From Octopus bimaculoides (Eukaryota): a DNA stretch of 44,470 nucleotides. Position 1 is the first letter of the stretch; the number at the start of each line of letters is the position of its first letter. Under the pieces are notes generated by a model. The model saw only the letters and a list, made by a program, of their open reading frames with translations, had not been told where the DNA came from and made no database searches. The position numbers were made by a program, and so were the translations under genes. Below, one piece after another: positions 23,776 to 37,089 of this stretch. Location: positions 8,829,609 through 8,874,078 of the forward strand of contig NC_068997.1 of the NCBI RefSeq assembly GCF_001194135.2, read 5' to 3'.

Positions 23776-25909
23776 TGGTTTGCCATGGAGAGATGTCAGC
23801 TTGCTTGGAAGCAGTTGAGTGTTAGCAACAGGGAGGACATCCAATTATAGAAAATTTGTCTCAGTGAATTTAGTCTGACCAATACATCATATATAGAAAA
23901 GTAGATATCAAAACAATTTCAGAGAGAGAGAGAGAGAGAATGTGTGTGTTGTAAGCTGGGGTTGTTCTTTCAACATAAGTGTTTCTTTCGTGATTACAAT
24001 GACTACACAATTTACTAAGATACATTTTGATTTTTGAAATTAAATTTAAGTTTATCCTCTCGTTCATGTTATGCCCTTTTTTTTCTTTTCTTTTTATAAA
24101 ACAGTGAAGTTGAGAAAACTATTGAAAGTATGTCGACTTTGAGGCGGGATAAATGGATTGTCGAAGGAAAACTGAGACGGTAAATATGTGACACATTTCA
24201 AGGAATAATTAACAGCTGGTTCTACAGAAACTGTTGACATTTTAGTTTATTAAACATTTAAAAAAAAAATATTCTGAAGTTTATTGATTTTTCTCTGTTA
24301 GATAGCAAGATAGCATTTGATTAACTACGTAAGCACAAGCATGGCTGTGTGGGTAAGAAGCTAGATTTGCAACCATGTGGTTTTAGGTTCAGTCCCACTG
24401 CACAGTACCTTGGGCAAGTGTCTTCTACTACAGCCTCTAATCGACCAATGCCATGTGAGTGAATTTGGTCAACCAAAACTGTGTGAAAGCCCATCATATA
24501 TGTTCGTGTCTGTGTTTGTTAGACACACACATACACAATACTTGACAATTGGTGTTGGTTTGTTTACATCCCTGTCACTTAGCAGCTCAGCAAAAGCTCA
24601 TGCATTATCTTATGACTTTGGAATTTTGATTTGATTGTTTATTTTTAGAATGACATTGTAGAATAGGTGTGAGAGGCCAGATCTGGCCAGTTTGAACATA
24701 AAGCAGGTGGAATATTGGGGCTGGATACAAGTGGTTTAAATGCTAAAGGGTTAACACAATGAAACCAAAGTTAGGCACCACCTTTTGTGAGCTCTTTAGT
24801 GTCTACTGAAGGCATTTACATAGAAGATCTGCTGGTGCCATAATAATATACACTTATTTTATGTCTGTGAAATGGTTGGGGAACAACAAGAGACAATGTA
24901 AGGGACAAAGGGGATTCTTTTGTCTTGTTGAGCATAACTCTATTTGTACCAGTGCTATAGTAAAAGCACCCAGTACACTCACTCGAGTGGTTGGTGTCAG
25001 GAGAACATTCAGCCATAGAAACCCTATCAAAATGGAATATACACCCAAGACATTGTCCTCAATCCATCTAGGAGAGCAGTAACTCCAAATAGGAACTATC
25101 TTAAGCTTTGACAACTTATCCAACCCATGCCAGTATAGGAAGTAGATGTAAAATAAATAATGACATTGGTGATAGTGATTTGAGTTATGAGGGTATCTAG
25201 TCTCACACTTGAAAGAGGGACAGGTTTTATTGTTTATTATATTTAGTTGGAGATAATAACCCTACAAGCCACTTGGTTCCTTAAGAGAAATCCAATATGT
25301 TCCAATGTAATGAATTCTTGTAATAACCATTTTTTTTTTTGTAATCCTATGAGTGATTTGTTCTTGATGCCATTTTCAGATTAAGGATTATACAAGCAAA
25401 GAAGTACAACCGTCCGTCACCTAAGATCTCCCTCCATGAAAGTTCTTCCCCACTGCTGGATGAAGACAGTCACGCAACCAATGTGTCTGGTAGTAAACAG
25501 GGCAGCGATGAAGAAGAGGACAGTGGCAATGACAGTGATATCACTACGGTCACAAGTGTTGGGATTATATCAGAAGGAGAGGTAAGAAAGATAAGAATGG
25601 TTTCGTTTTTAAAAACCAAGTCTCAGGTCAAGTGTACTTTAGTTAGTCTGACTGAATTTTCAAAATTAAAGAATGGATGGTCAATCTAAAGAACAGGTGT
25701 TAGCTGTTCGTATTCTGTTGGTGGGCCAAGTCCTCCTAACTCTAAGGTTGCTCAGGGGAATCAAACCTGTGTCTGTAACCATGGCAGATGTTCTACCATA
25801 ATACCAAAGCAACCCTTTCAATTTTCTCCATCAATTTTAGAAGCTTTGTTCTTACCAGTAAGAACTGTATGTTGTTAACATTATAAGAATTTAGAAATTT
25901 CAAGAAATA

Positions 25910-25946
<37 letters not shown>

Positions 25947-28900
25947 GTGGAACTTGAAGTAGATACAGATATATATATATATATATGTATCTATTATCAT
26001 TATCATCATCATTATTTGAGGAGCTTACTTTCAAAACCAGTATAGGTGCATATTTGGTCGATTTTGATGAAAACCATTAAAACACAAGCTGCTGCTTCAC
26101 GCACATGAAATTTGTTTTGGTCAAACTGGGATAGATGCCATCTAGAATTTTAGTCTTCCAATCAAAATCAGATCTATTCAAAATGTTATTTTCTCAATTA
26201 CTCAAAAGTCTTTCCGATGCATATATCTGGTTTTGAAATTAAGCTCTTCATTTAAACCGGCCATATCCGGCCAAAAGTATTCTGCTTGTTTTATGTTCAA
26301 ACTGGCCAAATCTGGTCTTTCACACCAACCCTACAATATCGTTTTAAAAATTAACAGCTACCTCATCAAAATCTCATAGCTACAAGATAATGCATGATTA
26401 GTTCAAAACAATGTGGATGAAAAAGCATTAATTTTGGCAGAATAATGCAAACACTAAAGGGTTAATGTCCATTTTCCATTTCTGGTAAACCAAAGGGCTG
26501 CACCAAGCCCTACTGTCTGATTTTGGCTTGGTTTTTTAATGGCTGGATGCCCTTCCTGATGCCAACCACATTACAGAGTGTACTGGGTGCCTTTTATGTG
26601 GCACCAGCAAGGTCGTGACATATATTATTTATTTAATTCTGCTCTCTCCACCCCTCTTTTTTGTTTATCAATTTGTCTTGCTGGGTAACTTCTCTGAAGA
26701 AGAATCATGTTCTAAACGTCACCATTGATTAACACGTGTTTAAACATTAAACTTGCCATCTCCCTCAATCATAACAAGTCTTTTCTGTTTTAGGAGGAAG
26801 ATCCGATTAATTCTGAAGATTGTGAGAAAAAAATAGAAAAGTTACAAAGGGTGAGTAGTGTGTACATTCTAATTTGTCTGTATTTACCTTGACGTCCAAA
26901 TGGCTGGGTGGGGAGGTTAAGATGTTTGGCTGCTCACCACGGGATCACAAGTTCAAACCTTAGAAGTTGTGTGTGTATTTATATATATGTATATAGGTAT
27001 CTTTTACTTGTTTCAATCATTGGATTGCAGCCATGCTGGGGGGGGGGCACCTTAAGGGGTTTAGTCAAACAAATTGACCTCAGTACTTATTTTTTCTTGT
27101 GTCTGATATTTATTCTGTTGGTATTTTTTGCCAAACAGCTAAGTTACAGAGATGTAAACAAACCAACACCAATTGTCAAGCAGTTGTGAGGACAAACACA
27201 AACACACATACAGAACACACTTCTTTCCGTTTCCATTTACCAAATCCATTTACAAAGCTTTGGTTGGCCCAAGGCTATAGTAGAAGACACTTTCCCAAGG
27301 TGCCATGCAGTGGGACTGAACCCAGAACCGTGTGACTGGAAAACAATTATCATCTCTCATTTGCAAAGTGTTCTTCATATTCTGGCATTCAAAAAAAAAA
27401 AAAGACTCCATTTTGACAAGATATGCAGCCTAGGGGCAATTCAAAAAGGCTTTGGGAAAGAATTAACTGTTTAGTACTCAGCTTGCTCCGCTAAATTTAA
27501 TGCTTATTTAATCGCATAATATTAAATTAATGATGCATAATCTCGTAGCGTCAAGATTTCAATGATATAATTGTTTATTGTCATTTTTAAAATGACATTG
27601 TAAGATAAGTGTGAGAGGCCAGATTTGACTAGTTTACTAGTTTACTCAACTTATACAGATGTCATTCAAGCACTTCTAAATGAAGTAGTTGAAGGCATGA
27701 TAATGTTCTAAGCAAGAAATATAGGATAAAGTCTCTGCTACGAGTGGAGAAAACAAGTAAACAGAATGTCAAGCAAGGAATAGAAGCAAGAGTTGGGGAA
27801 GATAGGTGAAGTGGGAGACATATGAAGTCAGCAAGCTGTGCCAATCAGGGAGTTTTGAAATGGTGGATGTATCTCAAAAAAAAGAGGGCAAAGGTTATTG
27901 AAATTTGGTGGGCACCTTTTTTTACAGCAACATGTAAATTTGCTGTCACTTCATCCTCTCCAGACATAGGAACAGGACTCTATCAAAAGTTTTTTTTCTT
28001 TTTTATGTTTGTATAATGTTTGCAGCCATTCGTGGTTAATGTTTGAAATCACCTTAACAATAAAACCCCAGAACATACAAATATCTTCTGCTGTTCAGTG
28101 ACATTAATTTCCTTCTCTCTTTCTTTTCTCTCTCTCTCTCGCAGCAACACAGTCAGTATCAACACAAAGTGTTTGAAGCTTCTCATAAACTGCGGGCAGT
28201 TTCTTTTGGTCAAGATCGTTTCAAGCGCCGTTACTGGCTTCTGCCGTATTGTGGAAGGTTGTTTGTTGAAGGGCTGGAATCTGGTGCCATGGGGAGCGAG
28301 GATGAAGAAGAAGAAGAGACTGGCGGTGAAGATGAAAACGAGATCGATTACGAAAACAATGAAGATACCGAAAGCAAATCTCAGACGGGAAGCGAAGATT
28401 TAAAGGACAGCATTAAGAAAGAACCGAAGAGTGAAGATGAGGAAGAAGAGGACGAAGAAGAGATGGACAGAAAGGAACTAATGGATTGTAAGCTATCGGA
28501 ACCCATAGCTAACAGCACTCCTGTAAAGTGTGAATCACCAAAGACAGACCATAAATCAAATTCAAAAAATAGTATTAGTCATGTTAAAGAAGAAAACCCT
28601 ACTAATTTATTTCTACAAAAACCAGAAGCTACCAAATTTAGTGATTTAATTCATATTTCCAAACCAGACGGTGCCCCTACTTCACAAGATACTAAGTCTA
28701 ATATTGTAAATAGCCATCATGACAGTGGCACATCACCAACCACATCGTCATCTGTAAATACATCATCTCTAAACAACTCCACATTATCCACACACTCAGA
28801 CACTAAGCCCAGTTTTGTCAGCATTGACTCTCTCCTGAAGAAAGACCATGAACCCAGTAGTCCTACGCTGCCATTTGTCCCCTCAATGGCTACCTACCCC

Positions 28901-31900
28901 ATGCCCCCAATCTTCACGGACCAACTCCTGAAAACTGCTTCGGAGATAAACGATCAGAAACCCTGGTTCAGCATCCTTCCCAGAATGCCTTGTGATGAGA
29001 CCTCTTTGACACGCTCACCTTTGAACATATCACATCGGATGCTGAACAACTCGCCTTTCATTTTCCAGCCCATGCCATTCCATGCCTTCCCTGTACGTAG
29101 CCCAGCATTTGCTTCGTTTCAAATGGGGCAGATCCAAAGTAACCCGGTGGACTTTAACATGAACATGTTCAACAACAACACAAATAATTCCAACACCTAT
29201 TTCAAAGTGCCACCAGTTCCTCAAGAGGCTTCCTCCATGAACAATTCCTCCTCATCCTCTCTCCTCCAAAATTCCCCCTTATTACCTGTAATTGCACCTA
29301 CGTCAAATGGAAACGGACTCATTGATTCTGATCCTGAAGGTCTGCTCAAAAGTTTACAAGGAGAGCTTAAACCTATTCCAAAAGGTATTTTTTCTTCAAG
29401 TCTTTTACATTTCTTTTTTTTCTTTTCACTTTTCCATTTTATATTACAATAGCCTACAGCGGCGAGCTGGCTGAATCATTAGCACGTCAGGTGAAATGCT
29501 TAGTGGTATTTCACCTGTCTTTACATTCTGAGTTCAAATTTCACCGAGGTCAATTTTGCCTTTCATCTTTTCAGGGTCAATTAAATAAGTGACAGTTACA
29601 CACTGGGGTTGATGTAATCAACTTAATCCCTTTTCTCGAATTCGAGTAGAAAGGATTATTACAATAGACTAAGGCAGTGCACTGGCAGAATCATTAGTAT
29701 TTCAAACAAAATACTTGCATTCCTTTCAGCTCTTTATGTTCTGAGTTCAAATTCTGCCATGGTCAACTTTGCCCTTCAACCTTCCAGGGACAACGCGATA
29801 AGTTCCAATGGAGTGCCGAGGTTGATATAATCGACCACCCTCCCCTGTTAAAATTGTTGGTCTTGTGTCAGAATTTGAAGCCATTTTTACAATAGCATCA
29901 CCATACCACTCACAAAGTTTTGGTTGGCCCCCAGTTTTTTGAAGAAAATGCTTGTGCAAAGTGTCACACAGGAGGACAGGATACAAAACCGTGTGGTTGG
30001 AAAGCAGGGGTCTTATCACACAGCTTCACCTGCCCTTTAATGTTCATAAATTTTGTCATGGGTTTCTTTTATGTCTTGAGTTCAGTCCCCATTGCCTGGC
30101 ACTTTGGCAGGTGTCTTCTCTTGTAGCCTTGAACCAACCAGAGCTTTGTTAGTGGATTTGTTTGATAGAAACCGAAAGAAGCCCATTGTGTGTGTGTGTG
30201 TATCATCATCATCATCATCTTTAAAGTCTGACTTCCATGCTAGCATGGAGTTATTTGTTCAACAGGACCTGATGAGCCAGAAGATTGTGTCAAGCTCCAC
30301 TGTCTGTTTTTGGCATGGTTTCTATAACTAGATGCCCTTCCCAACACCAACCACTCTACAGAATGTACCAGGTGCTTTTTTCATGGCACTGGCACTAAAT
30401 AACTCGCATGACAAGACCCTCCCTCAACTGAGTGGGGGGGTAATGTTGAGGGTGGTGTCTTTGTGCCAAGTGATGAAAGACTAAAGTATGATAAAGGGAC
30501 AGGAGCGAGTGTCCTGTTGTAGAGAAAATACATGGAAAGAGAGAAAAGATGAGAAAGTGTGAGAGTGAAGCGTTCAAGGTACAAAAGAAGGGGAATGGTT
30601 GGGTGAGTGAGTTTGTGAGAGTGACAAATGGTTAGAGATGGGGAACAAGGGTGGAGAAAGGGTCAGTGGTGAATATTAGCTTTGGAGGGAAATCTGAAGG
30701 AAATAGGAGTGGTTCAAGGAGAAGGATGTGATAGGGGGAAATGCCAAAAGGGGTTGGTGAGGAGCAACAGTATAATATAACCAATAGGGAGATGATGGAA
30801 GGGAGCACAGTGACAGAGGTCAGGAGTACATAGGGGTGCAAAAAGTGAGTAATGAACAGGGGTTGATGGGGGAATCATCAATGGCAGATATAGGGGGGGG
30901 GGGCAAGGGAAATGGATATTCAGTGGAAAATAAAGTGGTAGGAGATAATATATAAAATGCCAGATAGGTAACAAGGGAAGTGGTTCCAAAGAGAAGGATA
31001 ACTAGCTGCACACAAGGGGGATGGATTATGTATATTTTTACCCTCATGCAATTAGGGCAGCTGAGTGAATAGTGCTGTAGTCATAGAAGAGTAATGGATG
31101 GTAAGAAGATGAGTTGTGGAGAAAGCTTGGATGCAGGAACACAAATATAAATTATATACTTTCAGGAGTTCATTTTTTACTGAGATGGACAGATCTCCTC
31201 AAGTATAACAAGTTACTAATCATCACTGCGAAGCCCAACATCCTGAGTTCAATCTTCATACAAATATATGTGTGTGTTTGTGTTTCCTTGTTTCAACATC
31301 ATATGGTGTTTATAAATGAGTATCACCTTTCTACAAGCAATGTCCCTTGTTTCCAGTTTTGTATGTAAGCATTTTTGATCGTGGGAAAATATTACCTGAC
31401 TTTTGGAACAAGTGAGGGTTAGCAACAGGAAGGGCATCCACCTGTAGAAAACCTGCCTCAACAAATTCCATTTGGTCCATGCAAGCATGGGGAAGTTGAC
31501 GTTAAAACAACGAAGAGGAGGAAAGACAAATGAAATGCCACTTTTAGCCAATGTGCTTACGATTCTGCCATAATAATAATAATAAAACAGAAAGAGTTGT
31601 ATTCATGTGCATCCTTTGATTCTATTTCCCTTCTTTTTTTTTCGAAAGCTATGAAATCCGGCTGGTGGTATCTAGCTGACCCAGAACATTTAAAAGGCGT
31701 GCTGAAGTGCCTTCATCCTCGCGGCATACGGGAAAAGAACCTCCAGAAAGCTTTACAGAAATATTTTGACCAAGCCTGTCAGGCCTGCAAGAAGGATATG
31801 AGAGACGGTCAGTAGCATTTATGTGTCTCTCGTTTGTTGGGATTTCCCACTGTCTCATCAAACACCCACCCCCACACTCTCTACCCCCCTTTCTCTCTCT

Positions 31901-33623
31901 TTTAATTCCCACTTATCTCACCCTTCACTCTTTCTTTTGCTCTTTCACTCATCTCATGTTTCTCTCCCCCTCCCCCCTTTCTCATGTAAATATTATTTAT
32001 ATCACCTCATGTAATGGGCAATACATCACGTTAATATCAACCAGCAATAAACAGGTTTTGATTTCTAGCAAGGAAAAAATATTGTATAAAAAGCACAATA
32101 TAACATTTAAAATAAAGATCTAAACATACACACACAATAGTGCCGCTGGACTGGCTCCTGTGCAGGTGGCACATAAAATACACCATTTTGTGCGTGGCCG
32201 TTGCCAGTACCGCCTGACTGGCCTTCATGCCGGTGGTACGTAAAATACACCATTTTGTGTGTGGCTGTTGCCAGTACTACCTGACTGGCCTTCATGTTGG
32301 TGGCACATAAAAGCACCCACTACACTCTTGGAGTGGTTGGCGTTAGGAAGGGCATCCAGCTGTAGAAATTCTGCCAAATCAGATTGGAGCCTGGTGTAGC
32401 CATCTGGTTCTCCAGTCCTCAGTCAAATCGTCCAACCCATGCTAGCATGGAAAGCGGACGTTAAACGATGATGATGATATATATATATATATATATATAT
32501 AAATATATATATATATATTAAGGTATCATATTTGATGGTATATAAGAAATACTTTTTTCCAAAATATCACAAAAATCATCCCAGGTCCTACATATGCAAA
32601 GTGGGCCTATTTTATGTGTTTTAATACACTAAAAACATTTTCCCTGACTGCGCACTGCTGAAATTGGGATGCATTTAAAATATTCAATGTGTCTTTTAAC
32701 CCTTGGGTATTCAAACAGGCCATATCCAGCCCAGATACTTTACCAGTTTTATGTTCAAACTGGCCAGACCTGGTCTCTCACACCTACCCTACAATGTCAT
32801 TCTGAAAATATAGAATCACATCATTGAAATCTCAAAGCTATGAGATAAAGCATGATTAATTGAAAACAATATGAATAAAGAAGCATTACGTTTGACAGAA
32901 TAATATGAAAATTAAAGGATTAATACCATCAAATATTGTATTTAATTGTGAATGATATTTTTAGAAAATTATGTGTTGTGCATGTGTGTGTGTAGAATTT
33001 TAATAAGAAACAAGACAACTAAAAGAAAACTATTCTCTCCATTTTATCTTATTTTATTTTTATTTGTTATAAACAGAACTCAAAATCCAGGTGAGAGAGG
33101 AGTTTCAATATGTTTCCACAACTGGAGCCCCTCCACCAGATTTAGACTCGAGTTGGATGTCTGATGTAGCTCACCAACTAGAGAACAGTGTCATGGAAAC
33201 CATAGGAAAACTTGAAGAACGTGTGTTTTCTGCAAGTTTACAAGTTAAGCTACGTGACAAACAGGATGGCCAAAACTGCAGCGTTTCAGCCAAGGTAAGA
33301 GGACTTTTGAGTCAATTCTTTGCAACCCGTTTATATGATATTAAGTTGTTAGATAAAGTAGAAAAAGCATTTTTTTTTGCTTTTTCTATTTGGCACCCCA
33401 CTGTCATATATCTAAAAAGAAGTAAAAATTTATTTATTCAAAAGCAATATAGGCATAGGAGTGGCTGTGTGGTAAGTAGCTTGCTTACCAACCACATGGT
33501 TCCAGGTTCAGTCCCACTGCGTGGCACCTTGGGCAAGTGTCTTCTACTATAGCCTCGGGCCGACCAAAGCCTTGTGAGTGGATTTGGTAGGCGGAAACTG
33601 AAAGAAGCCCGTCGTATATATGT

Positions 33624-33687
<64 letters not shown>

Positions 33688-36600
33688 NNNNNNNNNNNNN
33701 NNNNNNNNNNNNNNNNNNNNNNNNNNNNNNNNNNNNNNNNNNNNNNNNNNNNNNNNNNNNNNNNNNNNNNNNNNNNNNNNNNNNNNNNNNNNNNNNNNNN
33801 NNNNNNNNGTGTGTGTGTATATGTTTGTGTGTCTGTATTTGTCCCCCCAACATCGCTTGACAACCGATGCTGGTGTGTTTACGTCCCCGTAACTTAGCGG
33901 TTCAGCAAAAGAGACTGATAGAATAAGTACTGGGCTTCCAAAAGTTGTTGAGGAAGAAAAGAGCTACAGAAAAAAAACACTTTGATAAAAATATTTTTTG
34001 TGTTATTCAAAAAAACTGGAAAAGATCAAAACAAATGGAAAAACAAACAAATCTAACTGACAACCCAATATTTGATGATGAAGAGGATGACATACATACA
34101 TTTATTCTTTCTTATTCTATGTACTGTTCATACTACATAATTGCCTTGAACTGTATGGATGATCCCTCTACCAAATCATGCGGGAGTTTAATGCAGTTAT
34201 TATTCAGAACTGCAACCTTATATGGTAATGTTGTTGCACACTTAACACATCTACTTACACACACACAAACATCACACAAGGGTTTTTTGATGGGGGAGGG
34301 GTTATGGCTAAGTACAAGACCTCAAAGATTTGTAGGAGTGAGGGATTGAAAAACTACAACTCCTAGTTTTGCTGAGATCGGAGACCTGCTCTAAACACCC
34401 ACCACCAGAACTCTACATAAAGGCACCTGTTTAGTGCCTCTAAGTAGAGTTCTGGTGCATGTGTTTAGAGCCCCTTTTCCCAGAATTTCAGACCACATGC
34501 CTATAGCAGAAAGGATAACTATTGTTATTGTGATTGTTATTATTACTCCAAAACAGCTTCTCTCAAATTTGTGCCAACAAGAAATACAACTTAGTGATGA
34601 ATTTCTTCCACTCAAATGTAGTAAATTTGCAATGCAATATCCAATTTTTTCAAATTCTACCTTCTTTTCTTTAGGGATCAAAGTTAAATCCGAAACCAGT
34701 TGCTCCACCCTCTGAAAGTGATCCACCTCCAAATCCAGGTGAAGAAGAAACAGAGGAGCAGAAGCAAAGTTTCTTAGAAGATGCACAAAAACGACTCTTA
34801 AAATTGGAACGAAATATTGAGCGGCGTTACTTAAAGCCACCATTATGTAAAAAGTAAGTTCTTCCCACAAAACCATTTTATATTTTCCTATAACTTTGCT
34901 AGTTAACCTTTAGCACATTGTAGGTGCATCATGTCACCATATGAGTTTTCTCCCCTGTAGTACCAGGGCAGTGGCAAGGGAGACAATGCTAAAGAAAATG
35001 CAATGTTCTAAAGGTTAAAAAAGTAGCCTCTAAATTTACTGACAAACATGTGGAAATACAACCATTATTCTTCAGTATTTACTTCCTTACCCCTTTAGCT
35101 CTTAAACTGGCCATATCTGGTCCTAATATTCTCCCTGTTTTATGGTCAAACCAGCCAGATTTGGCCTTTCACAACTACTCTACACAGTCATTCTAAAAAT
35201 AAACAATCGTATTATCAAAATTTCCACGCTATGAGATAATCCATGTGTATATTGTTTTTCTTCTTGTTTAAACTTGATCTCTAAAACCTTTTTTTTTCTT
35301 TCTTTGCAGAATCCAGATTAGTTTGTCTAATATTGCATTAGCTGGAGAGAACCAAAATAGTTCCCATGAAAACAGAAAAGATGAGGGGGAGGAAGACGTT
35401 CCACCTGGACTGCTTACCTGGCGAAATGCCGTCCATTCAGCCAAATCTGTCGCTCAGTTATCAATATGTGCTAACTTCTTGATTAACTCTATAGCATGGG
35501 AAAAATCAATCATGAAAGTGGTAATTAAATTTAATGATTTTTTAAGATGAGATGGTCATGGATGAATTGCTTTTGGTTGTTGGTCTGCTAGATCAAGTCT
35601 GACCTGGAATTCCACAACAGTTGGCTTGGCTGTTGTAGTAAGAAACTTGCTTCCCAGTTATATGGTTTGGGGTTCAGTCCCACTTCGTGGCAGGACTGTA
35701 GAATTGAAACAAAAGATTTTGACTCCTCTACTATTGGCACCTCTGACTCCTCTTTATGTAATTAAGTGATTGTGGTCTACATTAAAGCGTATGCCTACAC
35801 TTGTACTTTGAGTAGGCCTCTATATTAAAGAATAAAGATATTGTGAGTTGGATTGGTATAGTTTTACCGACCCCAACTCCAGCTACCTCTTAATTGTTTC
35901 CAACTCCACAACTCCAACTCCTGCTGTGTGGCACTTTGGACAAGTGTTTTCACTATAGCCTTAGGCCAACTGAAGCTGAGTGAATTTGGTAGACAGAAAC
36001 TGGAAAAAAGCCTGTTGTATATGTCTTTGTGTTTCCTTGCAGAATTGTTGTAAATGGATGTCATTCATTACCAATATTCTGCAAAAAAGTTCTCTGGCCA
36101 ACCATAGAGGAAGTATTACCTTGCTCAGAAATAGATAAGGGTTGGCAACAGGAAGGGCGTCCAGCTGTAGAAAATCTGCCTCAATAAACTCTGTCCAACC
36201 CATGCAAGCATAGAAAGGTGGATGTTAAAAGAATGATGATGATGATGAATTCTTATCCAAGATTTGATTATCTAAGCACACCACATTCCAAAGAGTCAGA
36301 TGACAATCCCCAGGAGCTCTCCCTGAATGGTATCATACCTAAACTGAAGCCTGCTCATTTGAATTTGCCTGGTTCCTGCTCACTTTATTGTCTCTACTCA
36401 CCTCCCCACCACTCTGATGTGAAACTCTGCCCCAGTTCGCAGTTCTCTTTAGACTCTGAGCAGTTGCTTCTTTCTGGTGATTTTGTCTCAGGGATCAGTT
36501 CTTTCACCACCTCATCCCTAAGATGTATTTATATCCCCAACAAACACTAGCTTCAAGTTTAAAACCACACATCTGCTCTTTGACTGGAAGTAGACTTCCA

Positions 36601-37014
36601 TTGGAGCTGAGAGAGAGAGAGAAGGAGAAAGGGTGTGTGAGAGATAGAGAAAGAGAAAAGGAGAGAGAGAGATTTGGGTGAGAGGGTGAGTGTTCATGTG
36701 AAAGAAAGAGAAAGAGAGCATGCATACGTGGGAGAGATAATGTGTGTACAAAGGATACTTTGCCCTTAAGAGACAATACTGTTGTACTCTGCAGGAGATA
36801 TGCCATGACTGGTCTTCCTTTGGCTATATATATACATATATATATATATATATTATTTTGTTTAAAAGAGTTCCAACACTGTCTGTTTTTTATGTTTTAT
36901 TTATATTCCTGCAAAACCAATGTGGGATATAGAATATGGAATATACAATATATAATATAATATATAATATAAAATAAAAATGGATGGTACTATGAAATAA
37001 AGTATTGAATGTCT

Positions 37015-37089
<75 letters not shown>

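Larger units (their letters stand above)
14609..24600 (+). mobile_element. further SINE family A copies at about 14609..14935, 17615..17760, 19905..20220, 24337..24600 (span covers the set, not one element)
   Basis: shared ggctgtgtggtaagaag..gggcaagtgtcttctactatagcc core. Confidence 0.75.

Noticed and set aside
28098-29474. Alternative-frame and antisense ORFs (28098..28403, 29030..29224, 29292..29474)
   Set aside because: Shadows of the large GC-balanced BAZ2B exon
16030-32310. Regularly spaced repeats (67-bp, ~140-bp, 30-bp and 64-bp units) as CRISPR-like arrays
   Set aside because: Units are contiguous tandem copies without unique spacers, lie inside eukaryotic retroposons, and there are no cas genes
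33438-33897. Five overlapping 76-141 aa ORFs
   Set aside because: Open only because of (TA)n and an N-gap inside a SINE
34391-34876. 161-aa minus-strand ORF
   Set aside because: Largely the antisense shadow of exon 34675..34853 plus intron; no recognisable domain
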